From positions 15,438,001-15,502,000 of the forward strand of contig NC_043007.1 of assembly GCF_006345805.1 (NCBI RefSeq): a stretch of DNA of 64,000 nt, in the 5' to 3' direction. The notes below the pieces were generated by a model. It did not search any database and was not told the DNA's origin. It saw nothing but the letters and a program-made list of their open reading frames with translations. Below, one piece after another: positions 12,220 to 24,619 of the stretch; the first letter of the stretch is position 1; every line of letters begins with the position of its first letter. The stretch is from Octopus sinensis. Lineage: Eukaryota. Made by a program: the position numbers and the translations under genes.

Positions 12220-12496
12220 TATACATATATATATATATATGTATGTATGTATGTATGTATACATTTACATATGCATTTATATATACCTATGTATATATGT
12301 TTTTTTTACATATATATATGTGTGTGTGTGTGTCTTCCTATATATATGTGTATATATATATATCTGTCTACACACACATATACACACAAACCAAACTTAC
12401 ACATACGCACAACACCCCCCATACCCCCATAAGCATACACTCACAATTACAAGCCCGTACACACACATATATATATATATATACATTCATGTTTAT

Positions 12497-12583
<87 letters not shown>
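12220..12583. repeat. Compound (TA)n/(TG)n/(CA)n microsatellite
   Basis: Directly visible; source of several spurious IY/HT ORFs. Confidence 0.9.
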
Positions 12584-12586
<3 letters not shown>

Positions 12587-13049
12587 CAAGGGCAAACAAT
12601 CCACGAGAAAAATAATTTAAAAAAAATTTATTTGCTGAGATAATATTAATTTCATTATCTGGAATGGCTATTTTAAAAAATGATAAAAATCAGAAACAAT
12701 AAGAGTTTTGACTGTTATTTCTAGCAGGTAGACATACTTAGTATGTACTTTGATTAATTATATATATATATATATATATATCCATATTATTTATGTCCAT
12801 ATTATTTATGTCATTGCTCTCTATTCTGCCCTACATTTTCTAGTTATCACTTTTTGCTTTCTTTTCTAATTTTCTCTTTTTCTTTCTTCCCCTCACTCCT
12901 TGTTGCTGACTGTTTCAGAACCCGCCAAAAATTGGAGATAAAACTTCATTTCCAAGTTTTAAAAGCCCTTCAATTCTCTAAAACAATAATCTATTCGTGG
13001 GAAATGCTTGTAAGTCACAACATCTCTCTTTTTGTTTTGTCTTGTCAAC

Positions 13050-13412
13050 AAAACCAAAATCTACCCGCAAATTTATTTCCATTTTTCTTTGTTTTTTCCT
13101 CTTAATCTCCCTTTCCTCTCTCATTCTTTTTTCTCCGTCCCTCTATCTCCCATTTCTCTCACCCCCTCTCTCTTCTTGTCTCTCTCTTTCTTTCTCTTGT
13201 TCCCATACTTTTATATTTTTTCCTTATTTTCCTTCATTTTTCTGCTTGATATACATTTTATATCTCACCTCTCCTTTCAATCGTTTTCTCTTTCCTTCCG
13301 TATTTCCTTCCTTCCATCTTTCCTTCCAGAATTTCTCCCTCCTATATTCCCCCCCTTATCCCCTCCTCTCTCTAAATGTCACCAGTTTCTTTTTTCTTTT
13401 TTTTTTTCTGTG
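13050..13412. repeat. Polypyrimidine (C/T-rich) low-complexity tract
   Basis: Plus strand almost entirely C and T. Confidence 0.85.
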
Positions 13413-13879
13413 AGCTTCTGAGTCACCATAAGAGATTCACATAGCATCGGAAAGTCCAATTTAGCACGTTAATATAACTGTATTAATTTTCTGTTCTAAA
13501 TTAAACACTTAGTGTTAAATCTAGGTGTTGCTTGCTCGCAAATATCACCGCCTATAAGTTCTACCATCAACGTCACCAACACCAGCATTATTACCCATAA
13601 ACACCTCTGCGCTGCCTCAGCACAAATATATATCTAGCATTATGAACGTCATTAGGACCTCAATTATTTCGCCGTTTCCACCACTGTGGCTATTACTAAG
13701 ACTCTAGATGCATATAAACACGTTTATATATTTATATATTATACATATATGTATATTAAGATGCTCCTTCTATTATACATACATCTGTGCATACGTATAT
13801 ATATATACGTATTTATGTATATATATATACATAAATATATATATATATATATACAAACACAATAGCTATATTTATGTAG

Positions 13880-14500
13880 GCTATTACTGCGAAACACCAG
13901 TACTACAAACTACCACAATCAGTACTCTAACTACCATTACCCCTACTACGACTCCACCACAACCACTATTACACCACCCACCGTCAGCACTTCTACTGCT
14001 TTTGCCACAAACTCCCCACTCCTTCTGCTACCATATCTACCTCTCCTCCCCTCCTCCTCCTACTACTACTACTAACCGCAATTCCTCCTCTTTCATCACT
14101 GTCATCGCTACCACCACTGCATGTAATACCAGTACAACCTCTACTAACATATGCACCACTTCCCCCACCTCCACCACCTCCACCTCCACCACCTCCACCT
14201 CCACCACCTCCACCTCCTCCACCTCCACCAATAATCCATAGTAACGATTAACATCGTTATCACCACTAACACCACTGCGCCACTACAGCTTCTACCAATC
14301 AACTGCAACCATTCAAAACGGCCCTGCTTCTCCCTAACCACCATCATCACCACTTCTCCACGCTATCGCTTCTATTATTGTCACTATACCTTTCCTCTCA
14401 AACATATTTACCATCAATAACAATCTCCACCTCCACCGCGTTGTAACAAACATCAACAATCTCCACCTCCACCGCGTTGTAACAAACACCAACATCACCG
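13880..14500. repeat. Cryptic (CAC/CTA/CCT)n low-complexity region with a 36-bp tandem duplication
   Basis: CCACCT runs at 14163-14230; CAATCTCCACCTCCACCGCGTTGTAACAAACA repeated at about 14421 and 14457. Confidence 0.85.
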
Positions 14501-14853
14501 ACACTATCACTGAACGAGCCTCGTCCATATCACAGCCGTAAATTCCATTAATAGCCAAGGCATTACACTTCTATTCTTAATATTCACAAAATTGGTAGGA
14601 ATGTAATTTCAGCTCCTTCCTATCTCCTCTAAAAGCCCGTTGTCTCCGAAGAAATCGATATATTTAAAGAATTTCAGACGTTATTTAAAGTGTTATTTTC
14701 TTTAGCTGACTCTCTTTATGTAATTATGCAAATTGTACTGGTTGTAAATCTTCGAAAAAGTTTTCTTTTCTTTTTACATGCAAAATTCTATGTCGACTAA
14801 AAAAGTATCACTCAGATTATTAAGGACGGCTGATGAGAACACATGTCCGCAAC

Positions 14854-15243
14854 GGATGGATGGAAGCACTCCGTCGGTTACGACGACGAGGGTTCCGGTT
14901 GATCCGAATCAACGGAACAGCCTGCTCGTGAAATTAACGTGTAAGTGGCAGAGCATTCCACAGAGACATGTACCCTTAACGTAGTTCTCGGGGATATTCA
15001 GCGTGACACAGAGAGTGACAAGGCCGGCCCTTTGAAATACAGATACAACAGAAACAGGAAGTAAGAGTGAGAGAAAGTTGTGGTGAAAGAGTACAGCAGG
15101 GATCACCACCATCCCCTGCCGGAGCCTCGTGGAGCTTTAGGTGTTTTCGCTCAATAAACACTCACAACGCCCGGTCTGGGAATCGAAACCGCGATCCTAC
15201 GACCGCGAGTTCGCTGCCCTAACCACTGGGCCATTGCGCCTCC
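14854..15243 (-). mobile_element. Full-length family B SINE with (TCCA)n tail
   Basis: Collinear with 7267-7659; head GGAGGCGCAATGGCCCAGTGGTTAGGGCAGCGAACTCGCGG. Confidence 0.95.
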
Positions 15244-16056
15244 ACCATCCCCACAATAAATAACAACAGAAAGTACAGCTCCGTGACTTTACTATATTTG
15301 AGATTTTGCAACTATTAAACCAGAAAACTCTGCGAACCGCATCCAATAAAGCCATGTGACTTACTGGCCAATATTTGCTCACCGGCACCCCAGCACCTAA
15401 CACTCTATATCCTAGATATATCACGTTTTATGTACTACAGTAATTCTGACATGTCCAAACTAGTCGGCTGTATATAAATACGGTAGCATCCTCTTTTCCC
15501 TCCCTATTTAATTGCTATGGATCGTTACTCTCCGACATCTATCTAACACATCTAAATTTTATTTCCTGATACTAACAACCCAACATTACAATCCTACTCC
15601 TTGTCTCTCCGCATCTCTCTCCTTTATTTTCTTAGCTATTTATCTCCCTCCTTCCTTTCTTCCTCTCTCTCTATATATATCTCGCACTCTCTTTGATCCC
15701 GATAGCCATACAAGTATTGACAAAAATCAATATTCACCTATCATATACAGATGTTAATATCCATTGACTTTACCACACCTCTACAAACTGAACCTTATTC
15801 CTATGTAACAGATCATGATTAAATTCGTTTATTTCAGTGCAATAATGCTCGCCTTACTCTCGGTTAATGTATAATCAATCGAATTTTATGTTCTGTCACA
15901 TGCACCGTTTTAAAGCCTTTAGCTCTAAATACCCTAATCCAAATTTTATAAATTGAAATCACAAAGTGGAATGGCTTACTGTGGTAGGCAAAAAACACCT
16001 TTTCATCGATACTCAACATTTGCTTTATAGAAATGAATGAAATTATAACTTCGAAG

Positions 16057-16178
16057 AACCCTCATTTGGTCAGCAAAGCATTTGGCCAGACGCTTCAACG
16101 GAATTTGAACTCAGAGAGTGCCGGCTGAACGAATCCTACAAGTCATTCTTACCGACATTCTAACGACACTGCTAATTC
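16057..16178 (-). mobile_element. Degraded family C SINE fragment
   Basis: GGAATTTGAACTCAGA B-box signature and degenerate head. Confidence 0.55.
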
Positions 16179-16974
16179 GGAACTCATACTTTACGAGATT
16201 CATAAAATTCAGAGATTTGAAAAGTGGATGATATTTAATGTGTCTTCAAGAGTGTCTTTCACAAAAAATTGTGACTGTATGATAAAATTTAGAAATCATT
16301 ATCCATACAAAGTTTAAGAAAGAAATGGATATACTAATTCTTATTCTGCTTTCTGTAGATAACAAGACTGCATTCTAAGACGTCAGGAATCAGCTCAAAA
16401 TCTCTATTTATCAAGCTTTACCAGATTACGAATATTGGCAGGTCTCTTTAAGCTTTAGAAATGCGATTATTCTTATCAATGTATCTTGTTATTTGAATCT
16501 TATTTTGCTACTCAGATTAACTTATGGCCATTTCTATGGAGTCATAGAAACGTAGAAAACATTCAACGAAAAAGTATCATTTTCGTTGAAGATATTTTTC
16601 TAAATTATGCTGCGTAGCTGTTGGAAACAGCGAGATATAACAATTCGTTCACTGGTAATAAACAGAAAATGGCCATGTTTATTTCTTTACGTTATGACAT
16701 GTGGGGAGAAGACATCTGCACGCCAGAATAAAAAAGCATCGACAAATGAGCAATTTACGATAGAACCAGTGAGAAGGAGAAACGATAAAGATGCGATTGG
16801 CAATAAATTCTCCCCAGTAATATGTTGTTTCATATTTTTCCTTAATAATTGTTTCTGATATTTATTTCACTAGCTACAGTTTTGTGCCGAGGTAAACTCG
16901 GTTGTTCCTCGCGATTATTAACAATAAATTTGCTTTTAAAATTTATTTTCAAACGATTTTTTTTTTGTCGAAAT

Positions 16975-17152
16975 GGAAAGCTGACGGAATTTTTACGACA
17001 TCTGATAAAATGTTCAGCTGCATTTTGTCCAGCTCAGTCACTTCGTTCTGAGCTCGAATGCTTTTTATCCTTTTGGAGTCGATAAATTCAGCACCAGGAT
17101 CGATGTACTGGATTTATCTCCTCCGCAGAATTGCTGTCCTTGTGCCAAAATT
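16975..17152 (+). mobile_element. Degraded family C2 SINE
   Basis: AAGCTGACGGAAT head, CGTTCTGAG, TCCTTTTGGAGTCGATAAA domain, CCTTGTGCCAAAATT tail. Confidence 0.65.
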
Positions 17153-17954
17153 CAATTCTTACTGCGATGAGTGATGAATCTATTCACTTATTAAAGACAA
17201 CCTGAATTTACATTTGGAGCCTATAGTGTGTGCCTCTAGAGGCTTTTATAATGCATAAGACTTTCAGTTAGCAATTTATCACTCTTGCTTACACATTTAA
17301 TTTCAATCAGTGTATTTAGAGAAATAATTCAGCACACCTGCCTTGTTGAAATATATTGTAAGTCGTCATATCCGAGACAGACTCTGCTGACAAAACCAAT
17401 TAGCTTACACACACTTACGATCCAATATGCATACACACTCTCTTCACTCCCAGCACACACTCGGCGAGTGCAGTTAAACCAGTATAACAATACAACCGCA
17501 AGCTGTATGTTAGCCTAAATGTATATACACCGTTGAAAGGCATGATACAGCGGTGAAAATCTTTTCATAAACATGTATTAAAAAGCAAGATATATGGAAT
17601 CATTGATTAACGACAGCGACAGACGCATTTCATTCTGATTACGTATTGTCAATACCCTGAAATCGTTGTATCTCTTGCTCAAATGAAATGTTTGCTTTCA
17701 TATATAAGACAGTGGAAAATGGATTCAGTGATATTGTTGAAAGCTTGCTGGGCTATAAAAAATTTGGTGAACACAATTGTAACAGTATTATAGTAAATCT
17801 GTGAGTCCGAAAAAATTTGTCGATTATGAATTCTTGACATTCAGACGTTTGGCGTTGAAACCTTTACTTAAGGGGCTTAAGCAAAGTTCTTTGAGCTCTT
17901 GATCATCTAGAAATCTGTGTATATATAAATATATATATACATACATACATATAT

Positions 17955-18028
<74 letters not shown>

Positions 18029-19131
18029 CTCATACATACACTATTCAAGGAGGTGAAGAGTTCAAAGAAACATTACCAAGTCATTGCACACACACACACA
18101 CACACACACACACGCATGTCTAACGATATAAACACATACATTTCTGTGTGCCTTTGTGTATATAGATATTTCCTATATATTTCATATTTTTATATCGCAA
18201 TTAATGGCTATAAAAATATCCCACATGAATACACAACGAAATTATAATAGCAGCCGTATACCCGAGCCAATACTGTAAATGTCTTACAGATATAGATTAT
18301 CTTATATATTAAAATCTTTGCTGCCAACAACACTTTTAATATTCTCCAATACTGCAGTATATGACAAAAAAAAAACGCTGTATTTTTTACCTAAAAAAAG
18401 AAAAAAAACAAGGTAAACAAATCAATAACTGAGACATAGATCGTACACGAAAAGTTGCAATAAATTACACACACATAAACAGAGAGAGAGAAAAAAATAT
18501 AAATGTCAGTTCCATTCCTAATACGTGACAAACATATAGTCTCCTACAAAAATCAAACGAAAGCCTATTAAATGATGATGAAAGACTTTTAAGGAAACTA
18601 ATTTAACAATATTTACATTTCGTCGACCTCAGAAACAAATTAGTTTATTTAGTAATTTTCTAAACAAAAAAAGAGTAATACGTCGAAATTAACCTATATT
18701 CTTTCATGTAATTCTTAATATTGTGACATCAAAAGTAACAACTATGTAATTAGATCACTAAGACCAAATCACCACAGTTTGTCCTGTTCTAGTTAATTTA
18801 TTAGAACGGGCTTTTATTTGTGGAAACTTTATTTGAGTACAGCGCCGAGTTTTGTTAAAATAGTTATGGTCAAGTGACGGGTTATGTATTCTTTATAAAT
18901 CAGCTCCGTTGTGGGAAATTTTCGCATAATACACTGTGAGAAGTGTTTTAATTTCACCTTCGAATTTAATGCTACATATGTGAGAACGCCACGATACATA
19001 TTCATACATACATGTCTGCATACACACATACACAAACATATTTGTACACAAATGTATGAATGTATGTATGTACATATCTATGCATATATATAAATTTGTG
19101 TGTATATATATAAATATGTACATATGAATAC

Positions 19132-19166
<35 letters not shown>

Positions 19167-19229
19167 TATATATATATATATCTATATATATATATATATA
19201 TATATCTATATATATATATATTATATATA

Positions 19230-19272
<43 letters not shown>

Positions 19273-19293
19273 TATATATATATATATATATAT

Positions 19294-20304
19294 AAAAACT
19301 TAGATATGTTTCGACCAAAGATTGGTCCAGGCCATGTCTAACTTAATAGCACCACCTGATAGGATTATTCGAATCCTGTTTAAGTCAAGTTTTGTTCAAG
19401 TAGTGAGTTCTTGTTGGGTGAGTTGTATCCAATTATGGGTGGCTTATCTGGTATTCTTTGAAGGAATCTATCCAGACTCTGTTTAAAGTTGATGGAATCC
19501 TTTTCCTCTTTGATCTCCCTCGGGACAATGTTAAATAGGGCAGGGCCTGTTGAGGAAAAGAAATTATGTTGCAGTGTACATGTATGTTGTGATCTTGAAT
19601 TGAGCAGGGGAGGTATAGCCCGTGGTCCAAGTCTTGGATGAACCTTGAAGCTAATGTTTAGGTCGTTTGGGCAAAGTTGGTGGTATATTTTCCACATCGT
19701 ACAAATGATGTACCGCTCACGGCGACGCTGGAGGGAGTAAAGTTTCAAGGCTTTAAGGCGATCCCAATAATCGAGAGCAGCCATGCCTTCAATTTGTTTA
19801 GTGAGTGCCCTCTGGGGTGACTCAATTCTGGAGATGTTTTGTCTTGTGTGAGGAGACCACAGTGGGCAGCAGTATTCAAGGTGTGGCCGTACAAAGGAGG
19901 AAAAAAGTGGTATGATGACACCTTGTTCTCTGGACCGGAAAGTTCTTAAGATCCAGGAACTCATCCTACGAGCTATATCGACCTTCTTGTTGATGTGTGC
20001 ACTCCAACTGAGATCGTCATCAACAATTACACCCAGGTCTCTGATATTGTTAGAGGCTGTGAGCGGTTCCCCTGAAGGAAGAGAGTATGGTTGTTTCAGT
20101 GAGGAATTTCTTCCAAAATGCATCAGCTCAAATTTTCCCTTATTCAGTTGCATTTTGTTTCTGTCTGCCCATTGACTCACAGCATATAGATCAGACTGGA
20201 GTTGAGTTCGGTCTGCTTCTTCATTGACGATTTGCTGGAGCTTAGTGTCATCAGCAAATATTTTCACTTTGCAGTAATGTACGACACTGGAAAGGTCGTT
20301 TACG

Positions 20305-20309
<5 letters not shown>
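19294..20309 (-). mobile_element. 5'-truncated CR1/L2-group (Crack/Daphne-like) LINE with open RT/thumb frame and 3' UTR
   Basis: ORF track 19380-20375: YVNDL, FADD (20247-20258), RDLGVIVD, RPHLEYCCPLWSPH, LKLYSLQRRRERY. No stops over about 305 codons; the 3' UTR runs into (TA)n and the 5' end is cut inside RT at a (TA)n array. Confidence 0.93.
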
Positions 20310-20349
<40 letters not shown>

Positions 20350-20850
20350 ATATATATATATATATATATAAACATGTATTATTATATCGAAATTGAGAGT
20401 TTTGCGACTAGAGTATCACGCCATTGTGAAATTCCACGAAAATGTGGCAAACTGATGTTGGTGGTGTAGATACATCCAACGTTGTGTGTGTGATCTTGCG
20501 CTTGTGTTTGTGCATTGGCTATCTTTATTTTGAGTTTCATTGATTGTAGTACTACACCACAAATACAAACACACAACCGATTAAAAACACGAAAAAGCTA
20601 ACCTATCGACAAATACAAGCACTAACGCAAATACGTACACACACAAGCATACGCAAACACACATCGAAACACTCACACACACACACACACCGATTGATAT
20701 AATTACACCACCAATACCGAGTTATAAGAGTCACGGCTTAAGATCGCTGAAATGTGAAACTCGAATAACAAGTCTTATAGTCTACTGTATGCATTGAGCA
20801 ATTAAGTACTCCCTTCTCGTTCATTCGACAGAAAGCAACGTACGTATGTG

Positions 20851-20928
<78 letters not shown>

Positions 20929-21469
20929 CTGTGTATATATAAGGCAGGATGTGTTTGTCTGTGTGTACGTGAATGTAGGTTATGCACATCCACAAATTAG
21001 CAGGCATGTCGCTCAAATTTTAGGAGGACATTCGTTACGATCCTAGCTGTATTTTCATCAAATTATTTTCCGCCATTATTTACAAACCAAACATGAGTTA
21101 AGTCCCCTCCTAGCGACGGTGTAAAGAGAGGGGGGAGATGGAGAGAGAGAGAGGGAGAGAGAGAGAACAGATTTTTAAATTTCGTCTTTATACTGAGTGA
21201 TTGACAGGCAAAAACAGACAGACAGGTGTTGTTATGTATGTATGAATGGCTTCAGTCACACACACACAAACACACACACACATACGACCATGTATGCGTA
21301 CAAAATACATGTATGCAATGTGTGTGCGTGCAGCGTGTTTGTGGGCGTGCGCATGCAAACACAATTTGATAAAAAGATTTTGATTGCTTCATAGTTTGCT
21401 TTAATTCAAAACATTTCTCTGCAGTGATATGATATTTTATATAAAGTTATCGCTTAGATACCTTAAACA

Positions 21470-22135
21470 GTGTTTTATGCTCGAACAAGTCGATTACACC
21501 AACCCTTCAATTCTCAATTGATACTTATTTCAACGATCCTGAAAAGATGAGAAGACAAGTCGAACCCCGTAGCATTTGAACTAAGGACATAAACTTAGAA
21601 GAAATGCTGCTAAGCATCGTGTTCAGTATGCTAACGATTCTGCCTACCCCCTGCCTTTATACTTACTTATATATTGGTTTCAAATTCTGACACAAGGCCA
21701 GCAAATTCGGGGAAGTGGGTCAATCGATTATATCGACCCTAATGCTCAACTGGTACTTATTTTATCATTTCCGAAAGGAAGAAATGCAAAGTCGACATCT
21801 GTGGAATTTGAACTCAGAACGTAGCGACAGACGAAACACTGCTAAGCATTGTCTTCAGTATGCTAACAATTCTACCTACCCACTGCCTTTACACTTACTT
21901 ATATATTGGTTTCAAATTCTGACAGAAAGCCAGAAAATTCCGGGAAGTGCATAAGTCGATTATATCGATCCTAATGGTCAACTGGTACGTATTTCATCTT
22001 TCTCGAAAGGATCAAATGCAAAGTCGACATCGGTGAAATTTGAACTCAGAACATAAGGTCAGTAACAATGCTGCTAGGCATTTTGTCCAGCGTGATAATG
22101 ATTCTGCATGCTCGTTGCCTTATGCTTACTAATAT
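21470..22135 (-). repeat. Tandem triplication (232-bp period) of a C2 SINE plus flank
   Basis: GCTA(A/G)GCAT at 21609, 21841 and 22073; shared non-SINE spacer TGCCTTTA(T/C)ACTTACTTATATATT after each head. Confidence 0.85.
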
Positions 22136-22820
22136 ATTAAAACCTAAATCCAAACCAGATTCGGAATCAAATTGTATTTTCTTTTTCGTGTACTTCTGCT
22201 GAATATCACTGCTGAATATCACTGTTGTTCGCAATAGTCATTTCTTCTTGGATTGTTGATAAAGTAGAAAATAGGATTCACTTCTCATGCCATTTTTATC
22301 TCTTAAGATAATTAAGTCTAGCGTTTGCCACTAAAACATGGTGTATTTATTCAAAGCAGAAAATCCTTTTGAATATTCCGCTTAACGAACATTACATGGA
22401 CAAGCATGCGGAAACATGCCTTCTAATATCTACCCATTAGCATATAGATCCATTTAATGGAGAAATCTCTAGAGTAACCAGTGAAGCTAGTGTAATAGCA
22501 ATGTAAAGCCTCACTGACAGGCAAATAGTTTAAATGTTTGACCTGATCGAGAAAACACTCTCTTTTTTTTCTGTCAGTTTTTGTTGATTGTGGCAACCAA
22601 ATGTAAATTAGAGATTAAAGATATACGAGTGCGTATATTTTTATATATCTGCTCTTATAGTGCATGCATTTATTCTGCTACTGGCAAACATGCATGCCTA
22701 CGCATACGTTTAGTGGTAAAATGAACGACATTTATTACATTTTCAGATATACGGGTGCGTTATTTTTGCCTTTTAGTGCATTTGTATGTTCTTATCATCA
22801 AATACCTAAATTATAATTTA

Positions 22821-23422
22821 TTGGTAAAACGGCAAGATAGCCAAAGAAAGAAAGAGACCTCAATATTATGTAAATAGAGGAAATTTATCTATACAATTAT
22901 ATGTTACATTACTCGTTAGTCAAGATAAAACTCTGAGTTTCTGATGCCGAAGTGGGAATCCACGACATCTCTTCGGTTATCTGGCTATTTGAAAACGCTA
23001 TGAAAAAAAAAAAAATCTTCATAGAATAATCTATGTGATATGCATCCATATTAAATTCTTCTGTGTGTGAGAGTCCTCAACCGATGTTAGGCGATAATCC
23101 AAAAAGGCTGCATTAGCTCTTAGTTGAGAATAACGTCGTCCGGGAGGTGATTTATTGGTAAAACGGTAAGATAACAAAAGAAAGAAAGAGACCTCAATAT
23201 TATGTAAATAGAGGAAATTTATCTATAAAATAATATGTGACAATTATTCGGTAGCCAAGATAAAACTCTGAGTTTCAGATGCCGAAGTGGGAATTTTTTT
23301 TTTTTTTCATAGCGTTTTCAAATAGCCAGATAACCGAAGAGATATCGTGGATTCCCACTTCGGCATCTGAAACTCAGAGTTTTATCTTGACTATCGAGTA
23401 ATGTAACATATAATTGTATAGA
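22821..23422 (-). mobile_element. Non-autonomous Penelope/retrozyme-like insert: 334-bp tandem monomer plus inverted copy, two hammerhead-like motifs, 14-bp TSD
   Basis: ATTTATTGGTAAAAC at 22816 and 23150 (period 334); 23294-23428 is the reverse complement of 22882-23015; TAAATTATAATTTA at 22807-22820 and 23423-23436; motifs at 22923-22982 (-) and 23328-23387 (+). Confidence 0.7.
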
Positions 23423-23721
23423 TAAATTATAATTTAGATATTTCAATAGTAGACTTCTATGTAACAACAGTAAAGTAGAAATCAATCATATTCCTTTGTA
23501 TAGTCTCAATATCTTTAACAGACTCCTCATGCCATGTCAGTCTCACTATAATCTTTTACCAATGATTATTTTCCATATTTTACTAGCTGCACCAGAAGAT
23601 ATTTACATATACAGAATGATGGCAGTCGTAGATGTTAGACGACTGGCATAGTGTGTGTAGTAAATGAGCTGTGTAACTGAAGTCAAATAATTTTCTCACG
23701 ATACGAACTTCGAACATTGAT

Positions 23722-24294
23722 TTCAAATTTTGGCACTAGGTCAACTATATCATGGGACGGGATAAGACGATTACGTCGATTCCAATACTGAACTGGTATT
23801 TATTTTATTGATCCTGAAAGGACGAAAGTCAAAATCGACTCGGCGGAATTCGAACGCAGAATATATAGACGAACGAAATACCTATTTCTTTACAACCCAC
23901 AAGGGGCTAAACAAAGAGGGGACAAACAAGGACAGACAAACGGATTAAGTCGATTATATCGACCCCAGTGCGTAACTGGTATTTATTTAATCGACCCCGT
24001 AAGGACGAAAGGCAAAATCGACCTCGGAGGAATTCGACCGCAGAATATATAGACGAACGAAATACCTATTTCTTTACAACCCACAAGGGGCTAAACACAG
24101 AGGGGACAAACAAGGACAGACAAACAGATTAAGTCGATTATATCGACCCCAGTGCGTAACTGGTATTTATTTAATCGACCCCGAAAGGACGAACGGCAAA
24201 GTCGACCTCGGCGGAATTTGAACTCAGAACGTAGCGGCAGACGAAATACCGCTCAGGATTTCGCCCGGCGTGCTAACGGTTCTGCCAGCTCACC
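23722..24294 (-). mobile_element. Family C1/C2 chimeric SINE trimer (184-bp period)
   Basis: Units start at 23883 and 24067; the distal unit (23722-23882) carries the C2 tail. Confidence 0.9.
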
Positions 24295-24619
24295 ACACTA
24301 ACGAACCCAAAATATTACTGAGAGAAATGGAACGGACTCTTAAACTTGATAATAGAAAGAATATATACGAATACAACTAACGTATTCTTCTTTAACGTAA
24401 ACCACGTAATAGTATAAATAATGCCTTCTTTCATAAATGAATAACAGATTAAAGTAGAATCTTTTAGAACTTCGAAATATAAATCAGTAAAATTATATAA
24501 CCCTGAAGACCTAATAAGTAGATATTCATTGGAGTTTTTACATCAAATTGTTTAACTGTGGTGACAGTGACAATTAATTAATTGTGGTGAGACTAACAAT
24601 TAGACTATTTTAAAACCAT

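Noticed and set aside
14824-14855. CTGATGA followed by ACATGTCCGCAAC next to a SINE
   Set aside because: GAAA is absent (GCAA), stem II does not pair, and the 3' part is replaced by the SINE.
16331-16447. Exon candidate 16359-16441 (TACTAAT, TTCTGTAG)
   Set aside because: The donor GTCTCT is weak and the peptide is unrecognisable.
19300-19345. LINE tail GACCA/TGGTC-GAAA-CATA-TC as a hammerhead
   Set aside because: There is no CUGANGA-like box 5' of the stem; it is better read as a LINE 3' recognition stem-loop.
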